Origin: an uncultured virus (IMG/VR IMGVR_UViG_3300046507_000407)
Lineage: Duplodnaviria; Heunggongvirae; Uroviricota; Caudoviricetes; Schitoviridae
Length of the DNA: 64,000 nt
IMG/VR virus record: IMGVR_UViG_3300046507_000407
Reading direction: 5' to 3' (one strand)
The number at the start of each line of letters is the position of its first letter. Position 1 is the stretch's first letter. The notes beneath the pieces were generated by a model that saw only the letters and a list, made by a program, of their open reading frames with translations, was not told the DNA's origin and searched no databases. The position numbers were made by a program, and so were the translations under genes. Shown here one piece after another: positions 7,322-16,634 of the stretch.

Positions 7322-7570
7322 GTGAACGGTCCCCAAAACCTGCTTGAAATCGAGCTGCTGATCAAGGCGCATGTGTATGCAGAGTTCAAGCCGCCCACCT
7401 CGAGAGCACACGACGAGGCGGTGAACCGGCTGATGAAGCTCGACATGATCAGGCTCAATGTCGATGACCTGACCGTGACGACCACGCTGCGTGGCCAGTT
7501 CTGGGTCAATCACCTGTGCACGATTCCGTTTCCGGTGGAGAGCTACAGGATCCCGGAGACCGAGTCGTGA
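7322..7570 (+). CDS. hypothetical protein
   Basis: 82-aa ORF with AGGAG RBS. Confidence 0.6.
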   Translation: MNGPQNLLEIELLIKAHVYAEFKPPTSRAHDEAVNRLMKLDMIRLNVDDLTVTTTLRGQFWVNHLCTIPFPVESYRIPETES

Positions 7571-7668
7571 GTGCGGAGCAACTCATCATCCTCGCCATTG
7601 GCTCGCTGTTCTTCGCGGAACGCGTGCGCGAGATGCTGCGTGGCGTGAAAGATTTACAGGAGGAGTAA
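7567..7668 (+). CDS. small membrane peptide (33 aa)
   Basis: GTGA overlap; MSAEQLIILAIGSLFFAERVREMLRGVKDLQEE; fills the gap to the next RBS. Confidence 0.4.
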   Translation: MSAEQLIILAIGSLFFAERVREMLRGVKDLQEE

Positions 7669-7670
7669 CC

Positions 7671-7892
7671 ATGTGGGCATGCTTCATCGAATGGCTGAAA
7701 GAGTGGCTGCTGCGCAAGCTGGTGGCCGACCTGATCCGACGCAGTTACGGTCCCCACCTGTTCACGGTGATCACCGAGGAACACCTCAATCACTTCTGCG
7801 AGAACAACCTGCATGCCATCCGGGGGCGTATGCACGACCTGGTGGACCTGGCTGCTGACCGGGTAGCGGCACAAGGAGATCCACTGCTATGA
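7671..7892 (+). CDS. hypothetical protein
   Basis: AGGAGGAG RBS before ATG 7671. Confidence 0.6.
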   Translation: MWACFIEWLKEWLLRKLVADLIRRSYGPHLFTVITEEHLNHFCENNLHAIRGRMHDLVDLAADRVAAQGDPLL

Positions 7893-8155
7893 AGTACATC
7901 GTCGTCAAAATGCAGGATGGCTCGGAAGGTATCTTCACCTTCCCGCGAGAGATCGATCACGATCACTATCACGAGTCGCTGGCAGCTATCCGTTTCGGCG
8001 GCCGAGACTGGAAGCGCCATGTACTGGGCCGTCCGAGTGATCTGGTGTCCGCTGGCTTCATCGACAACGGCAGCTGCTATGGTCGAAGTGAAACACTAGG
8101 TGTTGCTTCCCGCGGTGTAACTGACACAGCACTTCTTCGTAAGGGTGGTCTATGA
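7889..8155 (+). CDS. hypothetical protein
   Basis: 88 aa, ATGA overlap; SAGFI...CYGRSETLG motif. Confidence 0.7.
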   Translation: MKYIVVKMQDGSEGIFTFPREIDHDHYHESLAAIRFGGRDWKRHVLGRPSDLVSAGFIDNGSCYGRSETLGVASRGVTDTALLRKGGL

Positions 8156-8508
8156 AACCGCCCATGATTCTGGATCGACGCAGCTCGATCCTGGACCGGA
8201 TCATGGAGCGAGTGGTGGTGCAGGATCTGGGCTTCCTGTTCGAGGGCCAGCCGAGTCCCTGTCATATCTGGACCGGTCCCACGAGTGGAGAAGGCAAGGG
8301 CGGTGGCTACGGCCGCATGAGCCTGAACGGTCAGACAGTCGCCACGCATCTGGTGGTCTACACCCACTACTTCGGCTACATCCCGGGCAAGAAACAGATC
8401 GATCACCTGTGCTGCAACCGGCTGTGCTGTAACCCGGTGCATCTTGAACTGGTGTCCCATATACGCAACCAACGCCGGCGAGCCAGCCGAGCCAAGGAAA
8501 AGACATGA
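8152..8508 (+). CDS. HNH endonuclease (N4 gp22-like)
   Basis: CHIWTG...GYG...IDHLCCNRLCCNPVHLELVS..N HNH signature. Confidence 0.88.
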   Translation: MKPPMILDRRSSILDRIMERVVVQDLGFLFEGQPSPCHIWTGPTSGEGKGGGYGRMSLNGQTVATHLVVYTHYFGYIPGKKQIDHLCCNRLCCNPVHLELVSHIRNQRRRASRAKEKT

Positions 8509-8873
8509 GCGCTGGCACTGTAAAGGGCAAGGCCTTGCTGGTCATCACCCGACGGGAGGACTGCTTCGAAGGTTTCTGCTGGGATATCAGCTGTTTCATC
8601 CAGTCGTGCAGTGGAAACGAAGACGCCAGGGACTGGGTCAAGGACGAGTTCGGGTGCGTCGAATATGACACCCATCCTGCACCGTCACCGGCCTACCAGA
8701 TGGAGATCGGAGAAACGATCCGCGTCTCGGTGGTTTATGTGCTTGATCACTGGACAGACTACTGGGGCGAAGGCAGCAGCAGGTTGGAATACACCAAGTG
8801 GCGGGTGCTCCGCAGACAGAAACCGAAGGAGCGCTACATCAGTAAAGCTCAACGAGCCAAGGAAAGAACATGA
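8505..8873 (+). CDS. hypothetical protein
   Basis: 122-aa ORF, overlapping start/stop with neighbours. Confidence 0.65.
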   Translation: MSAGTVKGKALLVITRREDCFEGFCWDISCFIQSCSGNEDARDWVKDEFGCVEYDTHPAPSPAYQMEIGETIRVSVVYVLDHWTDYWGEGSSRLEYTKWRVLRRQKPKERYISKAQRAKERT

Positions 8874-9256
8874 GCAGCACAGTCAAACAATACGGCTTCG
8901 TCGCCTTGCTTAAGAACAAGATCGATGACGAAGAGCGCGAAGCAGGCAATGAAAACCAGTATGAGCTGAAGACCGGCATCCGTGTCGTCTACAGCGGTGA
9001 GCTCGTGTTCATCGATTTCAACTACGAGAAGCCGCTGCGTGACCGGGAGAATTTCTACGGCCTGTCTCTTGGACCCACCAAGGCCAAACAGGGCGAGTCT
9101 CAGGCTGACTTCGAAGCGCTGATGCACAAATACATGTACGACATCGACAAGGGTTCGATCACGCCGTACATCTGCATCTACTACAACGGCGGTGACAGTC
9201 CGCTCGATATGCTGACCAAGGAGAAATTCCTGGCCGGTGATACGGAGGATCTGTGA
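8870..9256 (+). CDS. hypothetical protein
   Basis: 128-aa ORF, ATGA overlap. Confidence 0.65.
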   Translation: MSSTVKQYGFVALLKNKIDDEEREAGNENQYELKTGIRVVYSGELVFIDFNYEKPLRDRENFYGLSLGPTKAKQGESQADFEALMHKYMYDIDKGSITPYICIYYNGGDSPLDMLTKEKFLAGDTEDL

Positions 9257-9603
9257 GCACCAAACTGCTGGCCGAGAAGAACGGCAACATCTCGATTGTC
9301 AATGTGCACCGGTCGACCAAGACCTACCTGGTCTTCCGCTATGCGATGGAGTCCAACGACTGTCAGCTTCCCCTCAAGAGCCAGGGGAAAGAATGGCAAC
9401 TGTTCCTGAACGTCGAAGACGCCACGGCGTGGATCGAGGAGCAGAACAAGCCGCCCGTGAAGATTGTCCAGCCGGGTTCGCGCGAGTGGTTCAAGCGTGA
9501 GAAGGAAGTGATTAACTCCTACGCACCACAGATCGTTGCCTGCAACAACTGTGGCAGTCCAAGGCACAAGCAGTACAAGTGCATGTACTGCGAGAAGGAG
9601 TGA
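9253..9603 (+). CDS. hypothetical protein with C-terminal zinc ribbon
   Basis: CNNC...CMYC at the C-terminus. Confidence 0.65.
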   Translation: MSTKLLAEKNGNISIVNVHRSTKTYLVFRYAMESNDCQLPLKSQGKEWQLFLNVEDATAWIEEQNKPPVKIVQPGSREWFKREKEVINSYAPQIVACNNCGSPRHKQYKCMYCEKE

Positions 9604-10329
9604 ATGTGGGGAAGGCCACATAGGGAACGCTCTTTGCTATGGCACTATTTGCGCCATATCTTGAGGAGTCCTTACGTGACCAACCTGAACCGCCTGCACT
9701 ACGACATCGCCCATCAGAAGCTGACTGATTACCTGCTGCATTTCTGTGTGTCCCGTATTCACGGGCTGCACAACGCAGAGTCTGCCCATCCCCAGACCTT
9801 TGGTGCCCACGCCGGATTTGTCTCTACAGATCTGAGTGGCCAGCGGGATGTGCTGCACAAGGGTGATCTGCTGCTGCTGACGGGTCACCGTGATCCGAAG
9901 TGGCGTATGGCCTGGCTCAACCAGGTGAAGAGCTCGCACCGCGGTACTGAATATCTCGTTCAGTCCACCTGCGGTGAAGGTGAAGTGACGTGGATAGACA
10001 ACATCGACATCGCTTTCTTTCACCGACCCACCCTCAAGCTGCATCCGGAGTGGCGGTGGACCAACGAACAGCATCAGCTGGCTGATCAATGGATGGAGTG
10101 CGTCATGGCTAACCGTGACACCCGTCTCATTGCTCCCATGATGCCGGTGTTTTTTGGGGACTCAGTTCGACTGAATGCCCGAGGCCGGTTTGGAATCTCG
10201 GATTTCAAACCCTCAAAGACAATTAGCGACTTCCGTGAGCTGACTCAACACTCCCTGTTGAGCATCTACGATGAGTTGTGTCAGATGCTGCACACTGACA
10301 CGACACTGAAAGCGGAGGTCGATCACTAG
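9604..10329 (+). CDS. hypothetical protein (start may be GTG 9676)
   Basis: 241-aa ORF; GAGGAG upstream of GTG 9676. Confidence 0.6.
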   Translation: MWGRPHRERSLLWHYLRHILRSPYVTNLNRLHYDIAHQKLTDYLLHFCVSRIHGLHNAESAHPQTFGAHAGFVSTDLSGQRDVLHKGDLLLLTGHRDPKWRMAWLNQVKSSHRGTEYLVQSTCGEGEVTWIDNIDIAFFHRPTLKLHPEWRWTNEQHQLADQWMECVMANRDTRLIAPMMPVFFGDSVRLNARGRFGISDFKPSKTISDFRELTQHSLLSIYDELCQMLHTDTTLKAEVDH

Positions 10330-10343
10330 GACTTCTGGATAGC

Positions 10344-11387
10344 ATGGACGCTTACCGCTGCTCACCCCGTCAACTCCGTAGCTACATCACCGATTGCCTT
10401 TACGCTGGACTCGTGCCCTTCGTCACCGCATCGCCGGGAGTGGGCAAGTCCAGCATCATGAAGCTGGTGGCCCAGGATCTGAACCTGAAGATCATCGACC
10501 ACCGGCTCTCGACTTCCGCCCCCGAAGATCTCTCCGGCCTGCCGCGTTTCAATGAGCACGGCGCCGAGTTCGTGCCGTTTCGGGATCTGTTCCCGCTCGA
10601 CGACAAGGCTGTGCCGAAAGGCAAGGACGGCTGGATGCTGTTCCTCGACGAGTTCAATTCGTCAGCCAAATCGGTGCAGGCTGCGGCCTACAAGCTGGTG
10701 CTCGACCGCATGGTTGGCCAGTACAAGCTGCATCCGAACTGCGTGATCACGGCGGCCGGCAACCTGGCCACCGACCGGGCCATCGTCAACCAGATCAGCA
10801 CGGCCATGCAAAGCCGGGTCATCCATCTGGAGCTCGAAGTGAACTTCGAGGAGTGGCTGCACGACGTGGCGTTCAAGGAAAACTACGACGCCCGCATCAT
10901 CGGCTTCCTGAGCCAGTTTCCCTCCAAGCTGATGGACTTCGATCCGAGCCATTCGGAAAAGACCTTCGCCTGCCCGCGCACCTGGGAGTTTGTCAACAAC
11001 CTGTGCAAGCTGCCGAACTGGCAGGGTGACCTGACCGACAAGGCGCCGGTGCTCACCGGTGCCATCACCAGCGGCATCGCCACCGAGTTCATCACCTTCT
11101 CGAAGATCTGGAAGGAGCTCATCAGCATCGACCAGGTGGTCAAGGATCCGAAGAACACACCGATCCCGGCTTCGCCTTCCTCGAAGTGGGCGACGATTGC
11201 CCACCTGATGGATCACATCAACCTGCTGAACTTCAGCGAGGTCTGTACGTACGTGAACCGCGAGGATTTCGGCATCTCGTTCCGCATCCTCTTCTTCCGC
11301 TCGTGCATGGTGCGCCATCCGGACCTGCGCACGCACCCGGCCTTTGCCAAGGCGATTGCCGAGCTCTCGAAGTACCTGACCACCTGA
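10344..11387 (+). CDS. MoxR-like AAA ATPase (N4 gp24-like)
   Basis: SPGVGKS, LFLDEFN, AAGN, TAMQSR, CPRTW; paired with downstream vWA protein. Confidence 0.9.
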   Translation: MDAYRCSPRQLRSYITDCLYAGLVPFVTASPGVGKSSIMKLVAQDLNLKIIDHRLSTSAPEDLSGLPRFNEHGAEFVPFRDLFPLDDKAVPKGKDGWMLFLDEFNSSAKSVQAAAYKLVLDRMVGQYKLHPNCVITAAGNLATDRAIVNQISTAMQSRVIHLELEVNFEEWLHDVAFKENYDARIIGFLSQFPSKLMDFDPSHSEKTFACPRTWEFVNNLCKLPNWQGDLTDKAPVLTGAITSGIATEFITFSKIWKELISIDQVVKDPKNTPIPASPSSKWATIAHLMDHINLLNFSEVCTYVNREDFGISFRILFFRSCMVRHPDLRTHPAFAKAIAELSKYLTT

Positions 11388-11402
11388 ACCAGGGGAAAGA
11401 GT

Positions 11403-11594
11403 ATGCCCATGTATCGGGTCACCGTGGAAGAGACCCTCAACCACACCCTCGATGTCGAAGCTGACACTGAAGAGGAGGCCGGTGAATTGGCCATTGCTGC
11501 AGTCGTTGAGGACTGCGAAAAGCACTTCATGAACGTGGAAGACCGTAGGGCAACGATGGTCCTAGAACTCCCCGAACCAAGGAGAAAAGCATGA
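11403..11594 (+). CDS. hypothetical protein
   Basis: 63-aa acidic ORF, VEADTEEEA motif. Confidence 0.65.
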   Translation: MPMYRVTVEETLNHTLDVEADTEEEAGELAIAAVVEDCEKHFMNVEDRRATMVLELPEPRRKA

Positions 11595-11842
11595 GCGCTG
11601 TATTGGCAGCTCTTCGCTATGCCGAGCTGGACGCCAACGTTGATCGTGCGTTCCTGCTGCACATCACGATGCGCTATGGACGGAAGATCGTGGGTGCCAT
11701 CTTTGGCAACACACCGGACATCGCTGCTGATGGTGGCATCGGCATCCAGATCTGGAGGAACAACCGGGAAACGGACGAGAAGCAGTTCGTCACCCTGGCC
11801 CACGTCCTCTGGTGTGAAATTGAATGGATGGACGGACAATGA
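11591..11842 (+). CDS. hypothetical protein
   Basis: 83-aa ORF, ATGA overlap. Confidence 0.6.
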   Translation: MSAVLAALRYAELDANVDRAFLLHITMRYGRKIVGAIFGNTPDIAADGGIGIQIWRNNRETDEKQFVTLAHVLWCEIEWMDGQ

Positions 11843-12984
11843 CACCCATCGACCCATCAACCATAGACCTGCGAACGCTGAACCGTGAGCTGGACAAGGT
11901 CAGATCGGAAGTCTTCCTGAAGCACGAGACCGCGGCCTTCCTTGGCTCGATCATGTCCACGCTGGAATTCATCTGGACCAAGGAGATTCCGACTGCGGCC
12001 ACCGACGGCATCCACTTCTGGTGGAACCTGGACTGGTTTGCTTCCCTGGCTCCCAAGGACCGCGGCACCGTCCTGCGTCATGAGCTCTGGCACGTTGCAC
12101 GCCTGCACATGATCCGGCAGGGCACCCGGGATCCGCATATGTGGAACATCGCCTGCGACTACGTGATCAACAACGATCTGAAGCTCGAAGGCTGTGACTT
12201 CACTTTCGGCGGACTCGTCGACTCGCAGTACGCCAGCATGGCCGAGGAAGACATCTACGACCAGCTGGCCAACAATCCGCCGATGCCTGACTTCGGCGCA
12301 TGGAAGCCCGGTGCCGGGCCGGACATGTTCCCGATGGACAAGGCCAAGAAGCAGCAGGTGATCAACACGGTCGTCACTGCGGTGCAGCAGGCCAAGATGT
12401 CCGGTGCCGGTACGGTACCCGGTGGCATTGCCGAGCTCGTCGAGCAGTTCCTCAAGCCCGTCGTGCCATGGCAGACGCTACTGCAGCGCTGGTTCAGCGA
12501 AATGCTGGACGAGGACTACTCGTGGTCCAAGCCCAACCGTCGCTACGACGACATGTACCTGCCGAGCCGGCGCCTGGAAATGGGGCGGCTCGAAAACCTG
12601 CGCTGGTACATCGACGTCTCGGGCTCGATCCGCATGAGCCATGCAGTGCGTTTCAAATCCGAACTCAAGTTTGTGAAAGAAACGTACCGTCCGGAGAAGC
12701 TCTCGGTCGTGCAGTTCGACACGAAAATCCAGCGAGTGGACACCTGGGGCGAGGATGACCCGTTCGACAAGCTGGAGATTCACGGTCGGGGAGGTACGTC
12801 TCTGGAGTGTGTCCGTAGAGATATGTTGGAGGAAAAACCAACCGCTGCTATCATCTTCTCGGACATGGAATGCACACCCATGAATCCCACCGGACTGCAG
12901 GACATACCCATCCTGTGGGTGATGTTGCCAAGTCGCAGCGGACACAGACCCAGTTTCGGTGACTGTGTCGAGATCCAGGAATAA
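11839..12984 (+). CDS. metallopeptidase-like plus vWA domain protein (N4 gp25-like)
   Basis: TAATDG, HELWH (HExxH), WNIACDYVIN; C-terminal MIDAS DVSGS, GRGGT, FSD. Confidence 0.88.
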   Translation: MTPIDPSTIDLRTLNRELDKVRSEVFLKHETAAFLGSIMSTLEFIWTKEIPTAATDGIHFWWNLDWFASLAPKDRGTVLRHELWHVARLHMIRQGTRDPHMWNIACDYVINNDLKLEGCDFTFGGLVDSQYASMAEEDIYDQLANNPPMPDFGAWKPGAGPDMFPMDKAKKQQVINTVVTAVQQAKMSGAGTVPGGIAELVEQFLKPVVPWQTLLQRWFSEMLDEDYSWSKPNRRYDDMYLPSRRLEMGRLENLRWYIDVSGSIRMSHAVRFKSELKFVKETYRPEKLSVVQFDTKIQRVDTWGEDDPFDKLEIHGRGGTSLECVRRDMLEEKPTAAIIFSDMECTPMNPTGLQDIPILWVMLPSRSGHRPSFGDCVEIQE

Positions 12985-12993
12985 GGAATCAGA

Positions 12994-13518
12994 ATGGTCA
13001 TCAACGGCGCAGACCTGCTCTTCTTCAAACCGATCAAGGGCATGCTGGACAGGAAAGAAACAGCGCACGGTGTGAGTCATGGCCTGTCCGAGGCAGGCTA
13101 TGACATCCGCATCAAGCAGGAGATCCAGTTCTGCGGGATCGACAGCGTACGGCGTTATGTCGTGTCCACCGAGCGTAACGCCGACGGCTCGTTCAGGAGC
13201 TATCACCGCCAGATGGGGAATTTCACCATCGCCTCGACGGTGGAAGAGTTCGCCATGCCTGCCGAAGTGCTCGGCATCGTGCACGACAAGAGTACGTGGG
13301 CACGGCAGGGACTGTCAGTCTTCAATACGGTGATCGAGCCTGGGTGGAAGGGTTTCCTTACCCTGGAGCTGTTCTACCGGGGCAACGGCAATCTCGTCAT
13401 TCCGGCCGGCGCTGGCATTGCGCAGGTGATCTTTCACCGTGTGAGCCGGCCGGCGATCTACTCAGGAAAGTATCAGGGGCAGGCCGATGAACCAGTCCAC
13501 GCCATTGCGTCTGTGTAG
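12994..13518 (+). CDS. dcd: dCTP deaminase / dUTPase superfamily protein
   Basis: GLSEAGYDIR, HDKSTWARQG, NTVIEPGWKGFLTLEL, GIAQVIF, YSGKYQ. Confidence 0.9.
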   Translation: MVINGADLLFFKPIKGMLDRKETAHGVSHGLSEAGYDIRIKQEIQFCGIDSVRRYVVSTERNADGSFRSYHRQMGNFTIASTVEEFAMPAEVLGIVHDKSTWARQGLSVFNTVIEPGWKGFLTLELFYRGNGNLVIPAGAGIAQVIFHRVSRPAIYSGKYQGQADEPVHAIASV

Positions 13519-13663
13519 CACCTGCAAGCAGCCCAATGGCTGGGTGCTGCTCGATGCGAGGAAGTACGCCTGGTACTGCGGCGAATGCTATGGCCAGTGG
13601 GAGAGGAAGTTCCTGCTGGATATGGTTGAAGCACGCAGGCAGATAGCCCTGAACCCAGACTGA
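13487..13663 (+). CDS. small zinc-finger protein (58 aa)
   Basis: Hand-translated MNQSTPLRLCSTCKQPNGWVLLDARKYAWYCGECYGQWERKFLLDMVEARRQIALNPD; CSTC and CGEC. Confidence 0.5.
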   Translation: MNQSTPLRLCSTCKQPNGWVLLDARKYAWYCGECYGQWERKFLLDMVEARRQIALNPD

Positions 13664-13691
13664 TCGTTTGTTTGTTTGGGGTCTTCGACCC

Positions 13692-13721
13692 GGAAAGGAG
13701 CCTTGACAGCTCCTTTTCTTT
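13692..13721 (+). terminator. intrinsic terminator with a -35-like TTGACA in its loop
   Basis: GGAAAGGAGC-CTTGACA-GCTCCTTTTC-TTT. Confidence 0.7.
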
Positions 13722-13748
13722 GATCGTATATTAGAGATAACTTTGAAG
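13703..13748 (+). promoter_or_regulatory. sigma70-like promoter overlapping a copy of the YTAGA-N6-TTTG motif
   Basis: TTGACA (13703) - 18 nt - TATATT (13727); TTAGAGATAACTTTGAAG at 13731-13748. Confidence 0.55.
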
Positions 13749-13758
13749 AAGGACAGAT

Positions 13759-13893
13759 ATGTATCCAGCTCTGTTGATGCTGGTTCTGGCTGCCTCCCTT
13801 CTGAAGGAACACTGGCCTCGTGCAGTGGGCCGTGTACGTCCTGCATCCCCATCGCAATCTCGGGAGAGACCCGAGCAGGACGAGTATGGCTAG
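13759..13893 (+). CDS. 44-aa peptide with hydrophobic N-terminus
   Basis: GAAGGA RBS; MYPALLMLVLAASLLKEHWPRAVGRVRPASPSQSRERPEQDEYG. Confidence 0.4.
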   Translation: MYPALLMLVLAASLLKEHWPRAVGRVRPASPSQSRERPEQDEYG

Positions 13894-13926
13894 GGCAGAC
13901 CTGAACCAGTAACTGCACATGGTTAT

Positions 13927-14060
13927 CGCGGAGCGCTCTGGACGCCGCCGCTGGAGATAAGGCTGGGCCTTCATGCCGGAAGGTGAATGCGCTACGGCGC
14001 ACATCAGTCCACTGTCAACGCGGAACAAGCGGATTCGACCGGGAACTAGAGCGCTCCACG
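13927..14060 (+). ncRNA. candidate structured RNA
   Basis: Closing stem GGAGCGCTCT (13930-13939)/AGAGCGCTCC (14048-14057) enclosing CCTTC/GAAGG and TGCGC-TACG-GCGCA hairpins. Confidence 0.45.
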
Positions 14061-14075
14061 ATGCCCATTTAAACG

Positions 14076-14108
14076 AAGGGCGAAGATCTAAACCATCTTC
14101 GCCCTTTT
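14076..14108 (+). terminator. intrinsic terminator
   Basis: AAGGGCGAAGAT-CTAAACC-ATCTTCGCCCTT-TT. Confidence 0.75.
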
Positions 14109-14132
14109 CCATTGAACATTAAGGACACCCAC

Positions 14133-14600
14133 ATGAATAACGAAAAGTTGCTGGACGAGGTCGAGCAGTGGCTGGGTAATCACCACAGCATCCAGGGTCA
14201 CCCGTTCAGCGAGGAGAGCCTGCTGGAACGCATCCGCAATGTGCGTGCTGACATCCGGCGCAAGTCGGCCATCGAAGGCACGGCCAAGCCGATGAACGGC
14301 GTCGATGTCATCCCGGAGATGACCGATCCGCTCGGCAAGCACTGGGCACAGCCGGATCGTCAGATGATTTTCATCCGTGACGGCAAGGCCCACATGTGTG
14401 CGGAAGACTTCCGCACGCTCAAGCAGTACGACACGTCATTCCCGTCGGGTGTGTACCCGGGAAAGATGTGGAAGCGCATCAACATCGGTGTGGCGCACCT
14501 GTGCTGGTACGGCGAAGAGAACGACAAGCGCGAGTGCCCGATCCATCACCTGGTGATCGAGGTGGCACAGCAGGAGCAACCCGAAGCGGTGACAGCATGA
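14133..14600 (+). CDS. hypothetical protein
   Basis: AAGGA RBS, ATG 14133; IPEMTDPLGKHWAQP and YDTSFPSGVYPGKMWK segments. Confidence 0.7.
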   Translation: MNNEKLLDEVEQWLGNHHSIQGHPFSEESLLERIRNVRADIRRKSAIEGTAKPMNGVDVIPEMTDPLGKHWAQPDRQMIFIRDGKAHMCAEDFRTLKQYDTSFPSGVYPGKMWKRINIGVAHLCWYGEENDKRECPIHHLVIEVAQQEQPEAVTA

Positions 14601-15058
14601 TCGACGACCCGAAGTTCGCTGCCTTCATGGAGGCAGTGCTGCAACCGTGTGAAGAAGTGCGCCTCGATAGCGTGAACAGCACCGACTCCGGGAAGATCGC
14701 AGCCGCAATCCTTGCGGCAAATTTCCATTCGTTGGGGCTGCGCATTTTGCAGATGGACATCGCTCGCCGGTTCGCGGGTGACCGCACGGTCATTGTTCGC
14801 GCCTCCCTTGATGGTCTCCGACCAGCCAGGATGTTTATCGACGAGATCTATGAATTCCCACCTGCGCACGATCCGTTGAAGGCGATCTTAGGTCTGCATA
14901 CGGATGCCAGTCTGCTCGAAGCATTGGACAGGCTGAAGTTTTCTCCTCTGGCTCAGGACGAACCGGAACCAAGGGCAAAGAACGGGGCACTCGCCAGCAA
15001 GAAGACGCAGGCAGCGAAAGCCAAGCTGCCGTTCTATCACAAGAACCGGAGATTCTGA
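14597..15058 (+). CDS. hypothetical protein
   Basis: ATGA overlap at 14597 within ORF 14396..15058; basic C-terminus. Confidence 0.6.
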   Translation: MIDDPKFAAFMEAVLQPCEEVRLDSVNSTDSGKIAAAILAANFHSLGLRILQMDIARRFAGDRTVIVRASLDGLRPARMFIDEIYEFPPAHDPLKAILGLHTDASLLEALDRLKFSPLAQDEPEPRAKNGALASKKTQAAKAKLPFYHKNRRF

Positions 15059-15663
15059 TGTCGACACCACCGAACCTGCTGGCCTGGCTCCAGGAACAGC
15101 AAAAGGCAGGCATTAACAAGGTAATCCTGCCGGTCGAAGACGTGATTGCCGCTATCACCCGCCAGCCTGCCGCGCCAATCAGTCTTGAGCAGATAAAAGC
15201 ACTCGAAACGGCTGTTTGCAACGGTCAAAGCGGGGAAGCGTTGCGTCTTCTGCACCACATGCGCAATGCGCTTGCCGCGCCATCGGTCGAGCAGGACGAG
15301 CGCGGGGCGCTGGACGTGAGCGTGCTTGCGCGGCTAAGTGCTCAGATATTCGATTGCCCTCTCAATCCGACCATTTCGAAATTCGCACGCGCCGTAGAGG
15401 CAAACATCCGCGCCGCATCAACTTCCGCCAATGTGGCGCAGGGTGCGGAGGCGTCGGAAACGTGCAGATGCCAGCGCCTAGGGGATTGGAAAGGGTTTCA
15501 TCATCCGCTGTGCGACAAGGCGCAGGCAGCACAGACAGCGCTCACGGATGAGGCTACATCAGTCACGGCAGCCATGCCCGGCACTGATGCCTGGACTGTC
15601 GCTGTGTTCGCCTCTCACGTTGCACCGGTCGGCACGCTCGTCTATCTGAAGGCAAGGCCATGA
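15058..15663 (+). CDS. hypothetical Ala-rich mosaic phage protein
   Basis: 201-aa ORF, TGATG coupling; codon usage differs from core genes. Confidence 0.65.
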   Translation: MSTPPNLLAWLQEQQKAGINKVILPVEDVIAAITRQPAAPISLEQIKALETAVCNGQSGEALRLLHHMRNALAAPSVEQDERGALDVSVLARLSAQIFDCPLNPTISKFARAVEANIRAASTSANVAQGAEASETCRCQRLGDWKGFHHPLCDKAQAAQTALTDEATSVTAAMPGTDAWTVAVFASHVAPVGTLVYLKARP

Positions 15664-15884
15664 CAGGGCTGAACCGATGGCGTTTCGTGGCACATGGCGA
15701 GATTGGCTATGTGTGGCACGACACCCTTTACAACCGCTATGTGCTCTCGGATGCCCTCGGACCAGAAGGTGTGGTGGTGTGCAAGAAGCGGGGTGCAACA
15801 CGGCCCGATCCCAAACTATTCCAGACGGAGGCAGCAGGACATGAACTGGATCAAGAAACTGCTGGCACTGACACGGCGTCCTGA
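15660..15884 (+). CDS. hypothetical protein
   Basis: 74-aa ORF, ATGA overlap. Confidence 0.5.
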   Translation: MTGLNRWRFVAHGEIGYVWHDTLYNRYVLSDALGPEGVVVCKKRGATRPDPKLFQTEAAGHELDQETAGTDTAS

Positions 15885-16155
15885 GCTGTCAGCTGACCAT
15901 CCGTGGAGTCAGTCATCAATGGCCACACAGCGAGCCCGCGGCAGATACCTGCACGCAGCGAAGGAATCTGCAGCCTTCCGGGAAGGATTTGAGCATGGCC
16001 GCTACCAGGGCGCGCTCGACTGTACCAGTCGGGTTGCGCATGAGCATCTGGTGCTGCGCACAGCAGGTCTCGTCAATCAGGCAAGGGTAGCCAAAGATCT
16101 ATCGCAGGAACTCGATGCACTCGTGCGTCGATATGAGCCAAGGAAAGGAAGTTAG
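15841..16155 (+). CDS. hypothetical protein
   Basis: ATG 15841 with GGAGG/AGGA upstream, within ORF 15694..16155. Confidence 0.55.
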   Translation: MNWIKKLLALTRRPELSADHPWSQSSMATQRARGRYLHAAKESAAFREGFEHGRYQGALDCTSRVAHEHLVLRTAGLVNQARVAKDLSQELDALVRRYEPRKGS

Positions 16156-16157
16156 TC

Positions 16158-16634
16158 ATGCCCCGTACCCGATTTTTCAAGTCACGCAAGCAGCCCGTTC
16201 GCGGTTCGATCCTGTTTCGCAACACCATGGACGCGGAACTGAATCTCGCACTGGTGCCTCATGGACACCTGAAGGCGATTGCTGAAGAACGGGGAGGGGA
16301 GGAAGAGTTCCTGACTGTGGCCTTCCGGTCCATGGTCGGAGCCTCGCTCATTGTGTTCGCTGACGAAGCCGGCAAGGAAGCGCTTGAGAAAGAGGTTTTC
16401 CTGCCCGCTCTGGCCAGTCTCATTGCAGTGGGTGAGCGGTATCAAAGGCTCGGCAAGTTCAGCTTCATCGGGGATGAACTGAAGAGCCTGAAGGACGCGT
16501 TGAACCTGACCGACGACCTCCAGAAAGTTACTACCAGACGCCAACAGCGCGAGATGTACAGGCAGGTGCAGGGGTTCATAGGCGGGTTCGAATTCACACT
16601 GAAGAACCTTCGCTTATTACAGGAGCGATATTAA
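16158..16634 (+). CDS. hypothetical protein
   Basis: 158-aa ORF with AAGGA RBS. Confidence 0.65.
   Translation: MPRTRFFKSRKQPVRGSILFRNTMDAELNLALVPHGHLKAIAEERGGEEEFLTVAFRSMVGASLIVFADEAGKEALEKEVFLPALASLIAVGERYQRLGKFSFIGDELKSLKDALNLTDDLQKVTTRRQQREMYRQVQGFIGGFEFTLKNLRLLQERY

Noticed and set aside
8152..8508. HNH gene as a mobile intron or homing element
   Set aside because: Free-standing, coupled to its neighbours, and matches the conserved N4 gp22-like gene; no interrupted host gene.
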